Below are positions 51,127-60,653 of a stretch of 64,000 bases of DNA, one piece after another. The notes below the pieces were generated by a model that saw only the letters and a list, made by a program, of their open reading frames with translations, did no database searches and was not told where the DNA came from. This stretch comes from an uncultured cyanobacterium. Its GTDB lineage: Bacteria > Cyanobacteriota > Cyanobacteriia > CAKZMO01. Within the stretch, counting starts at the first letter, position 1; every line of letters begins with the position of its first letter. Both the position numbers and the translations under genes were made by a program. The stretch is from NCBI GenBank assembly GCA_963719515.1, contig CAVRCJ010000016.1:1-64000 (forward strand), read 5' to 3'.

Positions 51127-52530
51127 TCACTGGGACTTGGGTTCGTAAAGAACGGTTCCGCGGCCTTTGCGCGCGGATGGCTTAGATACTGAGCTTTTCG
51201 GTCTCTCGTATAAAGGCTCTAGAGTACTTCTACCATAGCCAAAGTCACTGTCTTGGGCAGATTGATAGAACGAGTCCTTTTGGGGTTGGTAGTTCGTCTG
51301 ATACAGGGTCTTTTCAACGCCGTTATCAGATAAATTAGGCTCAGCATCCCCTTGGACAGGCTGGTAGAAATAGTCGCCACGGTGACCTAGTCCGAAATAG
51401 GGCTCGGCCTCAGCCTGGGGCATACCGTATGCCAAGGCTCCATTTGTGCTGGGCTGCAGTACTCCTGCCGCCTGGTAGGCTAGCCCAGGGCTATCGCTAA
51501 TCTCAATGTGACCGCGTCGCCAGTTCTCCAGCAGATTATTGATATCGAAGCCCACCGACCGTTGGAAATGCCACAGGCCACCCTGCAGGAAGAAAAAGGC
51601 TAAGTAGAAGTGCGCGTTTGCAAGCCAAACCCGGGAGGTATACCCGTCAGCCAGCGTGGGCTGCACCTCGTAGTAGCGGGGCAGTAATGATGACTGCAGC
51701 TGCAGGGTAGGGCCGTAGAACTTCTCGGGGTAGCTGAGCGAGTCGAAGCCGCAGTAGTAGGAGGCCGCAAAGCCGGCGATCGCAATGCCAAACAGCGAGT
51801 AGGACAAGATGCCGTCTCCCGAAAAGGAGAGAACCCGCTGCACCCAAGGGAAAGGGGGGACTAAAATATGCCAGACGCCGCCGATAAACAGCAAGCCAGC
51901 CACATAGATATGTCCGCCCACCAAGTCTTCTAGGCTACGGACGTCGAACAGATGGGTTCTGTAGTCCCAAATAGCCCCCGGATCGAGGGTGGGCGCGGTG
52001 ACCAGCCGCACTGAATCTGAGTAAGCGTCATACAGCCCTCCAAAGTACTGCGCCTTAACAACCAGCAGCAGCGCACCTAGACCTAAAAAGATAAGGTGGT
52101 GCCCCAAGATGAAGCCGAGTTTACCGGCATCCTGCCATTCAAAATCAAATTTCCGGGCTGTTTCAGGGGCGAGCGATAGGTCAGCCGGTAGCCGAGTGTA
52201 GTGGAAATAAGCCCCAGCCGCTAAGACGAGGGCCGCTACAAGGTGAATCGCCCCAATGGAGGACCAAACACCAGCGTCAACGATCGCGCCGTCTGGGCTG
52301 AGACCCCAGCCCTCAGTGGCGAGATGGGGCAGCAGAATCAGGCCTTGGGTGTAGAGCGGCGCATCAGGAGAATAGACGGCCAGCTCAAACAGGGTGTAAG
52401 CCCCGGCCCACAGCATGATTAGGGCTGCCTGGGCCACATGGGCCACGATAAAGGTGTTAGAGAGATGGATAAATCGGGCGTTTCCGGCCCACCAGGGGTA
52501 GCGCTCCTGGGTTTGATTGGAGACATACAT
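51127..52530 (-). CDS. isiX: IsiA/CP43-family chlorophyll-binding antenna with long C-terminal extension (IsiX)
   Basis: YPWWAGNARF, AHVAQAAL, GHHLIFLG, LEDLVGGH, WLANAHFYLAFFFLQG; ~130-aa soluble tail; downstream of apcD4-apcB3. Confidence 0.85.
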   Translation of the reverse strand: MYVSNQTQERYPWWAGNARFIHLSNTFIVAHVAQAALIMLWAGAYTLFELAVYSPDAPLYTQGLILLPHLATEGWGLSPDGAIVDAGVWSSIGAIHLVAALVLAAGAYFHYTRLPADLSLAPETARKFDFEWQDAGKLGFILGHHLIFLGLGALLLVVKAQYFGGLYDAYSDSVRLVTAPTLDPGAIWDYRTHLFDVRSLEDLVGGHIYVAGLLFIGGVWHILVPPFPWVQRVLSFSGDGILSYSLFGIAIAGFAASYYCGFDSLSYPEKFYGPTLQLQSSLLPRYYEVQPTLADGYTSRVWLANAHFYLAFFFLQGGLWHFQRSVGFDINNLLENWRRGHIEISDSPGLAYQAAGVLQPSTNGALAYGMPQAEAEPYFGLGHRGDYFYQPVQGDAEPNLSDNGVEKTLYQTNYQPQKDSFYQSAQDSDFGYGRSTLEPLYERPKSSVSKPSARKGRGTVLYEPKSQ

Positions 52531-52596
52531 GGCAATAGGGTTGCGATGGGAATATTCACTGTGGGTCCAGCTTTATGAGATAGACCCACAGACTCA

Positions 52597-52799
52597 AAGG
52601 ATGTTTGAAAAGTGTTGGTTAAAGCGTTATGCCACTGCTTCACCCCCCTTAATCCCCCTGCGCCCGTAGGACGCGCTGCGCGAAAGCCAAGGGGGGAAAT
52701 CATGGTTCTCCCCCTTGAGCTTTGGCGTTAGCCTGCCCGCAGGGCGTAGGGGAGCTAGAGGGGGTAATGTAGAACGTTTGCTACTTTTCAAACGTCCTC
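52597..52799. mobile_element. 203-bp MITE with IS5(IS1031)-like ends carrying a REP-like palindrome doublet
   Basis: TIRs AAGGATGTTTGAAAAGT / ACTTTTCAAACGTCCTC (15/17 match); TCA duplicated at 52594-52596 and 52800-52802. Confidence 0.78.
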
Positions 52800-52855
52800 T
52801 CAAAGGCTGATCGATTAAAGGCCCTCAAAAGGCCCCATAATTACCGGTCCACCGC

Positions 52856-53341
52856 CTATCTCAAACCAGCAATAATATGGTCAAGATACACTCCCATCTC
52901 TTGTCCGGCCTCAGCGCCGACCCGCTGGGTCACCACGTCTTTCATCGCTTCCACAGCCTGCACCGTTGTCTCAATAGGGACCCCCAATGAGTCATAGGTT
53001 TCCTTTAAGCCGTTGAGAACCCGCTCATCCAGTATCGAGGCGTCCCCAGCCAGCATGGCATAGGTGGCATAGCGTAAGAAATAGGTCAAATCTTTTAGGC
53101 AAGCCGCATAGCGCCGGGTCGGATACATGTTGCCGCCGGGGAGGGTAACATCGCCGTAGAGCAGACTTTTCTCGACAGTTTCGCTGATGATGCTGGCAGA
53201 ACTGTTGCTGATTTGGCCGGCCGCTTTCACCCGTAGCGCACCCGTTTGCAGATATTGCTTAAGCTGGTCAAGGGCGCTGTCCTCTAAATACTGACCTCTC
53301 TCGTCGGCGGGGTTAATTAGGGAAGTAATCGTGTCTTGCAT
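52856..53341 (-). CDS. apcB3: Far-red allophycocyanin beta subunit
   Basis: [42 protein letters not shown], divergent from canonical ApcB. Confidence 0.85.
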   Translation of the reverse strand: MQDTITSLINPADERGQYLEDSALDQLKQYLQTGALRVKAAGQISNSSASIISETVEKSLLYGDVTLPGGNMYPTRRYAACLKDLTYFLRYATYAMLAGDASILDERVLNGLKETYDSLGVPIETTVQAVEAMKDVVTQRVGAEAGQEMGVYLDHIIAGLR

Positions 53342-53445
53342 GGTTATTTTTAGGCTAAGAAAATTAGTTTTCAGGTAGGGGGATTCGCCTGTAGCCTGGG
53401 CACAGCTTCAGCGGCGATCGCAATTAGTGTAAAACGGAATAAGGC

Positions 53446-53919
53446 TTAGAAGGCCCGAATCAGCTGATCGAAATAAGGGCCAGCTAGGGCCGCTTCTTCA
53501 GAGGTTAGCTTCCCCATCGCAACTTGCTTTAAGCAGCGCATTGCCATCTTCAAGTTAGTCAAAGGCACATTGAGGGAGGTATACATATCGCGCATCCCGT
53601 CTAAGCCGATATCTTCTAAGGGCTTAGAGTTGCCGGCCAGTACGCAGTAGCTCACGAGGCGGATGTACCATCCCTGATCGCGCTGACAGAGCGCAGTTTT
53701 CTGCTTATCGCCGCTGTTGCTAGGGGTATTGGGGCATTGGGACCAAAACCGCTCGCTGCCTTCCTGAACAATTTTCTGCTGATTCGCCGCTAGCTTTTGA
53801 GCGGCGCTGAGCCGAGCATTGCTGTCATTGAAAAAGTCTTGGAGCTGGTTTAGTTCAGCACTTCCCGGAAATCGGTCAGCACGATCTGACTGAGCGATCA
53901 CTTTGGCTACGATACTCAT
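53446..53919 (-). CDS. apcD4: Far-red allophycocyanin alpha-type subunit
   Basis: MSIVAKVIAQSDRADRF..RFWSQCPNTPSNSG..TALCQRDQGWYIRLVSYCVLAG. Confidence 0.85.
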   Translation of the reverse strand: MSIVAKVIAQSDRADRFPGSAELNQLQDFFNDSNARLSAAQKLAANQQKIVQEGSERFWSQCPNTPSNSGDKQKTALCQRDQGWYIRLVSYCVLAGNSKPLEDIGLDGMRDMYTSLNVPLTNLKMAMRCLKQVAMGKLTSEEAALAGPYFDQLIRAF

Positions 53920-54334
53920 TGGCAAAGCCTCCTATAATTTATTTGAATGTGCTTCGAGAAAGTTCGCTTTGTATTGCTTTTAGAAAAGCGCTTTTGAGCG
54001 CAGCTAAGCAAATCTAAAGGAGTTAGCAGTTGCCCCTGGCAGAAAACATAAAGATTCGCGGCTTCACGAGCAGCGATGCCCTATATAATTTGCCTGCGCA
54101 AGCGCCAGCCCTTAAAAAGCTGCTAGCTTCGTAATCTATTAGCTTCAAACGTCAATGATCTCTCAAATAGCTCTTTAGAAGATCAGGTGACCGCGAGCTG
54201 TTAGGGATCATAAACTTCTGCACGTCCGCCTAAGCCGCGCTGGTTACGCGCGAAATAAACGTCTACTCAGACCCTCAACTTAGATGTTGATTGGGTCATT
54301 TCCCGGTGCCTTTCTATAATCAACAGTAAAATCT

Positions 54335-54384
54335 CTTGTACTTATGTGTCTAGCCTTCTAAAGAACTAAACACATAAGTACAAG
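54335..54384. repeat. 19-bp inverted repeat upstream of apcD4
   Basis: CTTGTACTTATGTGTCTAG-N12-CTAAACACATAAGTACAAG (18/19). Confidence 0.75.
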
Positions 54385-54768
54385 GATGTTTACCTTCAAA
54401 AGAAACCTTCAAGAATCCCAATCCAATCCATAGAGAAACTGCCAAAAGGGCTACCTACTGGCCTACTGCTATCGCCTCTTGGTATAGCAGACGCCCTGAC
54501 TTGTTAGAACATCTGCGCGTTCAGTTGCCTGCACGGGCGTAAGGCTTGAGCCAACCGGACTGTCCTAAGCAACTGAGCCAACGCAATAAGCCCGCGCCGC
54601 TGCGTTTGGCTGGCCTAGCTGCCGGTGCCGTTCGGCGATCGCCCACTTCCGCAAAGTTCTGTATAACTCAGGCAATCTGTAGCAGCAGGTCGTAGCCGGG
54701 GCCAGGCGATCGCCCCGGGTCGCCCGTGAGAATTGAAACAATGTTGTCCAGCATCAGCCGACCGCAAC

Positions 54769-54814
54769 GATGACAATGCCATTATGGCGGCTGAAAATTC
54801 GGCGCTGTCGAAAA
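54769..54814 (-). repeat. 45-bp direct repeat copy 2
   Basis: GATGACAATGCCATTATGGCGGCTGAAAATTCGGCGCTGTCGAAAA; followed on the minus strand by ATG CTG GAC AAC ATT (compare ATG CTG AAC ATC at 50015). Confidence 0.75.
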
Positions 54815-54913
54815 GGGTGCTGTAGGTGATGGAAGTAGAGGGAAGCGTGAAGGAATACCTTCTGTTGGGTAACATAAGCGCCGAGTAGTCTACTTAGACC
54901 TAAAGGCTTCCGT

Positions 54914-55969
54914 GTGACTGAGTACCCAATTTTCCTCAAACCACGACAGATCAGTTCTGCTTTACGAGCAGAACCGACCGTCAAGCTGCCGCCAAAACCG
55001 ATCTTGAGACTGCCAATAGCCCCTGATCCACCTGGTTCGAAGCCCCGAGAAATCGAGTGGAACCGAAAAGTGTTTAAGCCAATGTTTGCTGTAGGCGTTG
55101 GATTGTTGATGCTTGCATGGCTTTTTAGCTTCACTAGTATGATGTTAGCGATCATACTAGCTGCTCCGACTGTTCTTGTGCTGAGCGAAATATCTATTCG
55201 CTACGCTGTAGCTCAGCTAGAGTCTTATCCAAACAGGCTGAAGGGCTGGAGAGACTATAGGCAAAAGTACTCTACTCTTACTCAAGACTATGAACGTAAG
55301 AAGGCCGACGATCGAGAAAGTTACCAGAAGGCTTTAGGGGAACACGAGCAGGCATGCGATCGCATTAGGTCGGAAGAACTTTCACCCAGCAAGATCAAGA
55401 CCCATCAAAACTTGCTTGTGCTGAAGGAGCTAGAAAAAACGGTTCCTCCTGGTGAAGAAGTCAGCAATACTTCTATAGGCTGGTGCGAACGTACGTTTCT
55501 CGGCTGCCTGATGCAGTATTTTCCAGACAACGTCTGTACGGAATCGACGTTGTCCATTCCTGATTTTGACTACCCATATAGTCCTGACATTGCCTATATA
55601 GATAAAACGACTAATCTACATATTGATATTGAAGTTGATGAGCCTTATATTTATCACTCCAAAGAGCCCTATCACTACATCGGCAAAGACGATAGAAGAA
55701 ACAATTTCTTCCTCGACTGCGGCTGGCTAGTCATTCGGTTTAGCGAGGAGCAGGTTGCTTGTTATCCTGAAAGCTGCTGCAAAGCTGTCGCTCAAGCGAT
55801 CGCTGAAGTTACTGGTGACGACGAGATCATGAGGCAGTTTGAGGACGTCCTAGACCTGACGCCAATACCTCAGTGGACGGAGGAGGAGGCGCATATAATG
55901 GCGATAGAAAATTACAGAGACGAGTACCTCGACAAAAGCTCTCCGCGTAAGTTGGAGAGAATAAAGTGA
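54914..55969 (+). CDS. Membrane-anchored coiled-coil protein with C-terminal Vsr/DUF559-like nuclease domain
   Basis: Two TM helices, charged coil, YSPDIAY..IDIEVDEPY..H..DDRRNNFFLDCGWLVIRFSEEQV. Confidence 0.75.
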   Translation: MTEYPIFLKPRQISSALRAEPTVKLPPKPILRLPIAPDPPGSKPREIEWNRKVFKPMFAVGVGLLMLAWLFSFTSMMLAIILAAPTVLVLSEISIRYAVAQLESYPNRLKGWRDYRQKYSTLTQDYERKKADDRESYQKALGEHEQACDRIRSEELSPSKIKTHQNLLVLKELEKTVPPGEEVSNTSIGWCERTFLGCLMQYFPDNVCTESTLSIPDFDYPYSPDIAYIDKTTNLHIDIEVDEPYIYHSKEPYHYIGKDDRRNNFFLDCGWLVIRFSEEQVACYPESCCKAVAQAIAEVTGDDEIMRQFEDVLDLTPIPQWTEEEAHIMAIENYRDEYLDKSSPRKLERIK

Positions 55970-56110
55970 CACCCAACACCGGCAGTGGTTATGCTGGGTT
56001 GTGCTGCCGCCAACCAGCCTACGACTGCACCTGCGCTTTGGCGATCGCCTTGAGCTCGCCTGTGAGAATCGACTCACAAAGCAATTTCGTTTGAGCTGCC
56101 CGACTCTCGT

Positions 56111-57521
56111 CTAGGTCAGCAAGAAGACCCGCTGTGCGGCGCGGGTGACGCTGACGTATAGGAGCTGATTGCGTTCTTCAACATTAGAGTTAACGTTGAC
56201 GTTGAGGGCATCGATAAACACGTTCTGAAACGTCGACCCCTGGGATTTGTGGATGGTTAAGCAGTAAGAATAGCCCAGATCATGGAACAGATGTTTGAGC
56301 TCCCAAAACTCTTGCCAGCGCCGCTCTGCCGCGTACTGAGCCAGAGAGACTGTCGAACAGGCGGCGGCTGTCATCGTGCAGCACCGTCAAGCTGCGGTGC
56401 TTGTTGCCGTCGGTGCGCACCTCCAAAAACCAGACGCGCCACGGCCCCTCTTCTCCCTCTACCGCCACTAGCACCTCGCACTCCTCCGAGTTTTGGAGGA
56501 CAAGCGCCTCGCCCACCCAGCAGGGGGTATTGGCCATGAGACGTTCCCCGATGACGAACTGTGGGGCCTCAGGGCCGTGCAGCGCCCGTCTTGCCGCTCG
56601 GTTGAGCTGGTTGACCCTGGCATTGGTGTAGGCTAGCGCTCTGACGTAGTCGGGCTCTCGCCGGTAGGTCTCGCTTTGAAGCGCCTGGATTAGGCACCGA
56701 TTCCACTGGGACCGCCGTAGGGCAAAGACTCCCTGGGTGCGATCGCGGTTGGTGTCGGTGGTGAAGGGCGGGAGGCGGGCGTGGAGGTGCTGACGAATCG
56801 TGGTGGCTAGCGTCCCAATAGCGCCGCCGTAGCGCACCACCTCTGTCAAATCGGTGCGATCGTGAATCTGGCTGAACACCCGCGATTCGCTTTCGTTGAT
56901 GGGGGAAAGCTGGGCCATATCCCCCACAAACAGCAGCTGGGTCTGCTTGTAGAGGTCGGCTACGGAGGCCGTCAGCAGCAGCCACAGCTCTTGGTCGACC
57001 ATAGAAGCCTCATCGACGATCACCAGGCGATATCGGTCGAAGCGATTCTCGCTGTTGGAGTCAATACGAAACACCTGGTTGCCGGTTTGAGAGTCGATCT
57101 CGGGCTTCAGTCCTAGGAGCTTACAGCAGGTCATACAGTCGACATCTAGCTCCCAGTCTTCTGCCATACGCAGCAGTACTTTGGTGGCTTTGTTGCTAAA
57201 AGCCGTCAGCACCACCGAGCGGCGATCGCCATCTTGCCGCATCTGATGGATCAACGCCTGCAGCAGCGTGGTCTTTCCCGTTCCTGCATAGCCCGTCAGC
57301 AGGTAGAGCTTTTGGCGACTGTGGACGAAGTCTAGCAGCTGGTCTAATGCGGCCTGCTGATGGTCCGTCAGCTCGAGGCCCAGCGGGTTAGCCGTAGGGG
57401 GGGCTGGGGCAGCGATCGCCTCGTCCATAATCTCGGTCGTGCTATCAGCTATACCGTTGGTCGCGCCGTCGGCCTCGTCCCCGTCCGCTGTTAACTCAGG
57501 CAGCGATTCAGAAAAAGCCAT
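56111..57521 (-). CDS. RecD/Dda-like SF1B helicase, frameshifted near 56345
   Basis: GYAGTGKT, IVDEASMV, VGDMAQL; C-terminal TIHKSQGSTF..YVSVTRA in the adjacent frame. Confidence 0.85.
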
Positions 57522-57621
57522 GGGTGACCTCGAAACTGCTAAAAAATAATGCGCATGAACTAGTTTGCCACAGCCGCCGCCTAATTCGCACCTCCTCAAA
57601 CCTTGAGCGGAAAGACTACGA

Positions 57622-59469
57622 CTAGGCCTTGTCCCCAGGGACAGATGGCACTGCCCCTGGCTGTAAAGGCATTGCCATCTGGCCATCGACCCGGATGGCC
57701 TGGTGGGGCGTACCGATGTCAATTCCCGCCGTATTGAAGGCAAGCTTGAGGCGGCGACGATACTCACGCGCGACGTCCCACTGCTTTAGCGGCAGCGTTT
57801 TGATCCACAGCCGCACCGTCGCCCCGGCGTGGCTCAGCTGCTCCACCCCGAGCACCACGGGCGGCTCTATGATAATGCTTTTCCATGCGGGATCGTGCTG
57901 CAGATCTTGAGCCACTTTGTTGATCACCTCTAGGGCGAGGTCGATGTCTGAGGTATAGGCCACATCCACCGTTAGGTCGACCCGAGACCATTCTTTGGTC
58001 AAATTTTGAACCACGGTGATGGAGCCGTTAGGAACGGTGATTAGACGGCCCTCCTCGTTGCGCAGCTGGGTGATTCGCAGCCCCATATTTTCTACAAACC
58101 CAGCCACCTCCCCCAAAATTACCACGTCCCCCACGCCGTACTGGTCTTCTAGAAGAATCAAAAAACCGTTGATGATGTCGCGAATTAGGCTCTGGGCAGC
58201 AAACGATACGGCCAAGCCAAAAATTCCGGCTCCCGCGACTAGAGGGCCAACGTCAACGCCGATGACCCACAAGGCGGCAACAGCGCCAGCGGTGATCACG
58301 ATGAGGTTGGTGATGCTTTTGGCCACGGTGGAGAAAGTTGACAGCCGTAAAGCTCGGCGCTGAGAATCGTGAATCAAAAATCGGGGGGTCTGCTGCAGAA
58401 AGACGAACAGCCGATCGATCAAGATATCATCTAGGCGAATCAGGAGATAGGTGACTAGAGCCACTAGCAGCAGCTTGCCTGGCAGGTGAAATCCTCTGAG
58501 CAGCAGCACCTGTAGCCAGCGCGTGTAGGGAATCAGCCCCACAATTATCAAGCCACTGCTAATCCACAGCGCCAGCTCTCCAATCTGAACCACCCGGCGC
58601 TTCAACAGGCAAATACTCTGCTGCTGCTGGGCCTTGACGTCCTGGCGCACCAAGTTCAGCTGAGCAGCTGGATCTTCGGATGTTTCTGCAAGCTGTTGGG
58701 CGATCGCCGTCCGCTGCTCTTCGAGCTGAGCCTGCCTTTTTTCCAGCCGCCGTTTGGGCCGCAGCAGGCTCATGCTCATCACCAGAAGAGCCACCAAAAT
58801 ACCGCAGGCGATTTGAAGCTGCTGCAATAAAAACCGGCTCTGACGCTCGGCTTTAAAGCGAACGAGCGATCGCTCAATTTTGTCAGCCCAGTTTCGCGCC
58901 AGCGCTTCTACCACGTCTCGCTGGGCGGGGCGATCGAGGCTCGCTAGGCTATCCCCGAGGCGTTGCGCATCGGCAATGGTGACGGTGAGCAGTTCAGAAG
59001 CGATCGCTTCTGCGACGGAGCTGGCGTCATCGGTCGCATTGAGCTGCGCCGTAGCCATTAACACAATTAAGTTACCCACCTTCTCTGGCGTAACTTCGAG
59101 GGTGCGCGGGTCAAATTTTTGAGTAGCAAACGATTCGATCTGTCGCTCGATGGTGTCGTCCCGGTTATCCACCAGAGCAGCCACTCGCAGCAAGCGACGC
59201 CCGTCAAACCAGACCGTCTGCCATTCAATATCAGAGGCTTCTGAGTCACTGTCGACCAGCCCTTTGATTTCCGGAGGTAAAACCGGCGTGATGCGCCGCA
59301 CTCCAGTACTCAGCTGGGAGGAGGGTTTCTCGGTGGGCTTGGGGGGGTCTGCGTCCTGGGCTTGTGCAGTACTACCCACCGTCAGCACCAGGGCTATAGC
59401 GCCCGCTAAGAGCCACAGGCAAAACCGACGGATTCTCGATGTAATGTAAGGCCCTGCTGAGCTGCTCAT
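57622..59469 (-). CDS. MscS-family mechanosensitive channel with large N-terminal domain
   Basis: AVSFAAQSLIRDIING..EDQYGVGD..TVPNG. Confidence 0.9.
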   Translation of the reverse strand: MSSSAGPYITSRIRRFCLWLLAGAIALVLTVGSTAQAQDADPPKPTEKPSSQLSTGVRRITPVLPPEIKGLVDSDSEASDIEWQTVWFDGRRLLRVAALVDNRDDTIERQIESFATQKFDPRTLEVTPEKVGNLIVLMATAQLNATDDASSVAEAIASELLTVTIADAQRLGDSLASLDRPAQRDVVEALARNWADKIERSLVRFKAERQSRFLLQQLQIACGILVALLVMSMSLLRPKRRLEKRQAQLEEQRTAIAQQLAETSEDPAAQLNLVRQDVKAQQQQSICLLKRRVVQIGELALWISSGLIIVGLIPYTRWLQVLLLRGFHLPGKLLLVALVTYLLIRLDDILIDRLFVFLQQTPRFLIHDSQRRALRLSTFSTVAKSITNLIVITAGAVAALWVIGVDVGPLVAGAGIFGLAVSFAAQSLIRDIINGFLILLEDQYGVGDVVILGEVAGFVENMGLRITQLRNEEGRLITVPNGSITVVQNLTKEWSRVDLTVDVAYTSDIDLALEVINKVAQDLQHDPAWKSIIIEPPVVLGVEQLSHAGATVRLWIKTLPLKQWDVAREYRRRLKLAFNTAGIDIGTPHQAIRVDGQMAMPLQPGAVPSVPGDKA

Positions 59470-59580
59470 TTGGGCATTCCCGTGACGTGTGTCTGTCAGC
59501 CCTCAAAGAGCTGTTACAGATCTACAAAGTTGGCAATACTTACCCGAACAATTCTAGCCCACAGCTCAAAGTGCCCGATC

Positions 59581-60531
59581 TCACTCTTGCACCAGTACGG
59601 GTGGGCAGAGAGGTACCGTGAAGGTCACGGTGGAACCGAGGCCTTCCCCCCGGCTGAAGAAGTCAACCACACCGCCCATCGCCTCTACAAACTTTTGAGA
59701 AAGGGCTAGCCCCAGTCCTGACCCCCCAAACCGCCGCGTTCGGGACCCATCCACCTGGCTAAAGGACTGGAACAGTTTGCCTTGATTTTCTAGGGAAACC
59801 CCAATGCCGGTATCGGAAATCTCCAGCTTCACCATCTGGCCCTGGCTAGCCTCCGATGGGCTCCCTTCTACGTCTGCCGAAATCGTGATGCCGCCCTCCT
59901 GGGTAAACTTAATCGCGTTGCCCACAAAGTTGAGCAGCACCTGCAGCAGTAGCCGGTAGTTGCCGTACAGCACAACGCGATCGCTAGCCGCCGGGAGCAT
60001 AATTTTGTAGCTGAGCTTTTTTTGCTCAGCCTGGGTGCGCGTGAACTTCTCTACTTCGGCAAGCAGCTCATCTAACACCACCGGACCTGCCTCAATGGGC
60101 ATTTTTCCCACTTCGATGCGGGTGATGTCGAGGATGTCGTTGACGATGGCGAGCAGGTGCATCGCTGAGCAATAGGCCTCGTCGATAAACTCTTTTTCTT
60201 CCTCAGGGTCATCAGCAAGGCCATCCATCACCAGCTTGAGGAAGCCGATGATGGCGTTGAGGGGGTTGCGCAGCTCGTGGGAGGTATTGGCCAAAAACTC
60301 ACGCTTGAGGCGCAGCGCTTCTTGAGTGTCTTGATACTTTTTTTCGAGCTCAGCGTGTTTTCTGAGCAGCTGCTCAGTAATCTGGGTGGGCGCTGCGGCA
60401 ATATTAGAACGACATTTAGGGCAATGGACGCGATCGCGGCAACCCGCTTCTGAGGGCGCACTGCTGCGGTGAACAGTCTTTGGGAAATAGAGGTGATTAC
60501 TGGACGTTGAGGATAGGGGTTCTTCAAACAT
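59581..60531 (-). CDS. Sensor-less histidine kinase, partial duplicate of the upstream kinase
   Basis: FLANTSHELRNPLN..ADDPEEEKEFIDEAY..GGSGLGL; kinase core closely matches 60654-62420; start uncertain. Confidence 0.82.
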   Translation of the reverse strand: MFEEPLSSTSSNHLYFPKTVHRSSAPSEAGCRDRVHCPKCRSNIAAAPTQITEQLLRKHAELEKKYQDTQEALRLKREFLANTSHELRNPLNAIIGFLKLVMDGLADDPEEEKEFIDEAYCSAMHLLAIVNDILDITRIEVGKMPIEAGPVVLDELLAEVEKFTRTQAEQKKLSYKIMLPAASDRVVLYGNYRLLLQVLLNFVGNAIKFTQEGGITISADVEGSPSEASQGQMVKLEISDTGIGVSLENQGKLFQSFSQVDGSRTRRFGGSGLGLALSQKFVEAMGGVVDFFSRGEGLGSTVTFTVPLCPPVLVQE

Positions 60532-60653
60532 CTCTTTGCTCCGGGGGATGGAATCTTGTGTGAAGATACCAACAAAAAACATCCCGCTACGCTTAAAATC
60601 CGGAGAACTTTAAATAACTTGAGTAGGTTTGTTTGGCGGCGAAGCCCCAACGG

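Noticed and set aside
42536..53919. FaRLiP (chlorophyll f) cluster
   Set aside because: psbA is a standard oxygen-evolving D1, not ChlF; no rfpABC, apcE2 or far-red psa/psb paralogs in the window.
60599..60604. TCCGGA upstream of the truncated kinase as a DIF1 promoter
   Set aside because: The GGA lies 14 nt away rather than 16-18; a hexamer alone is expected by chance.
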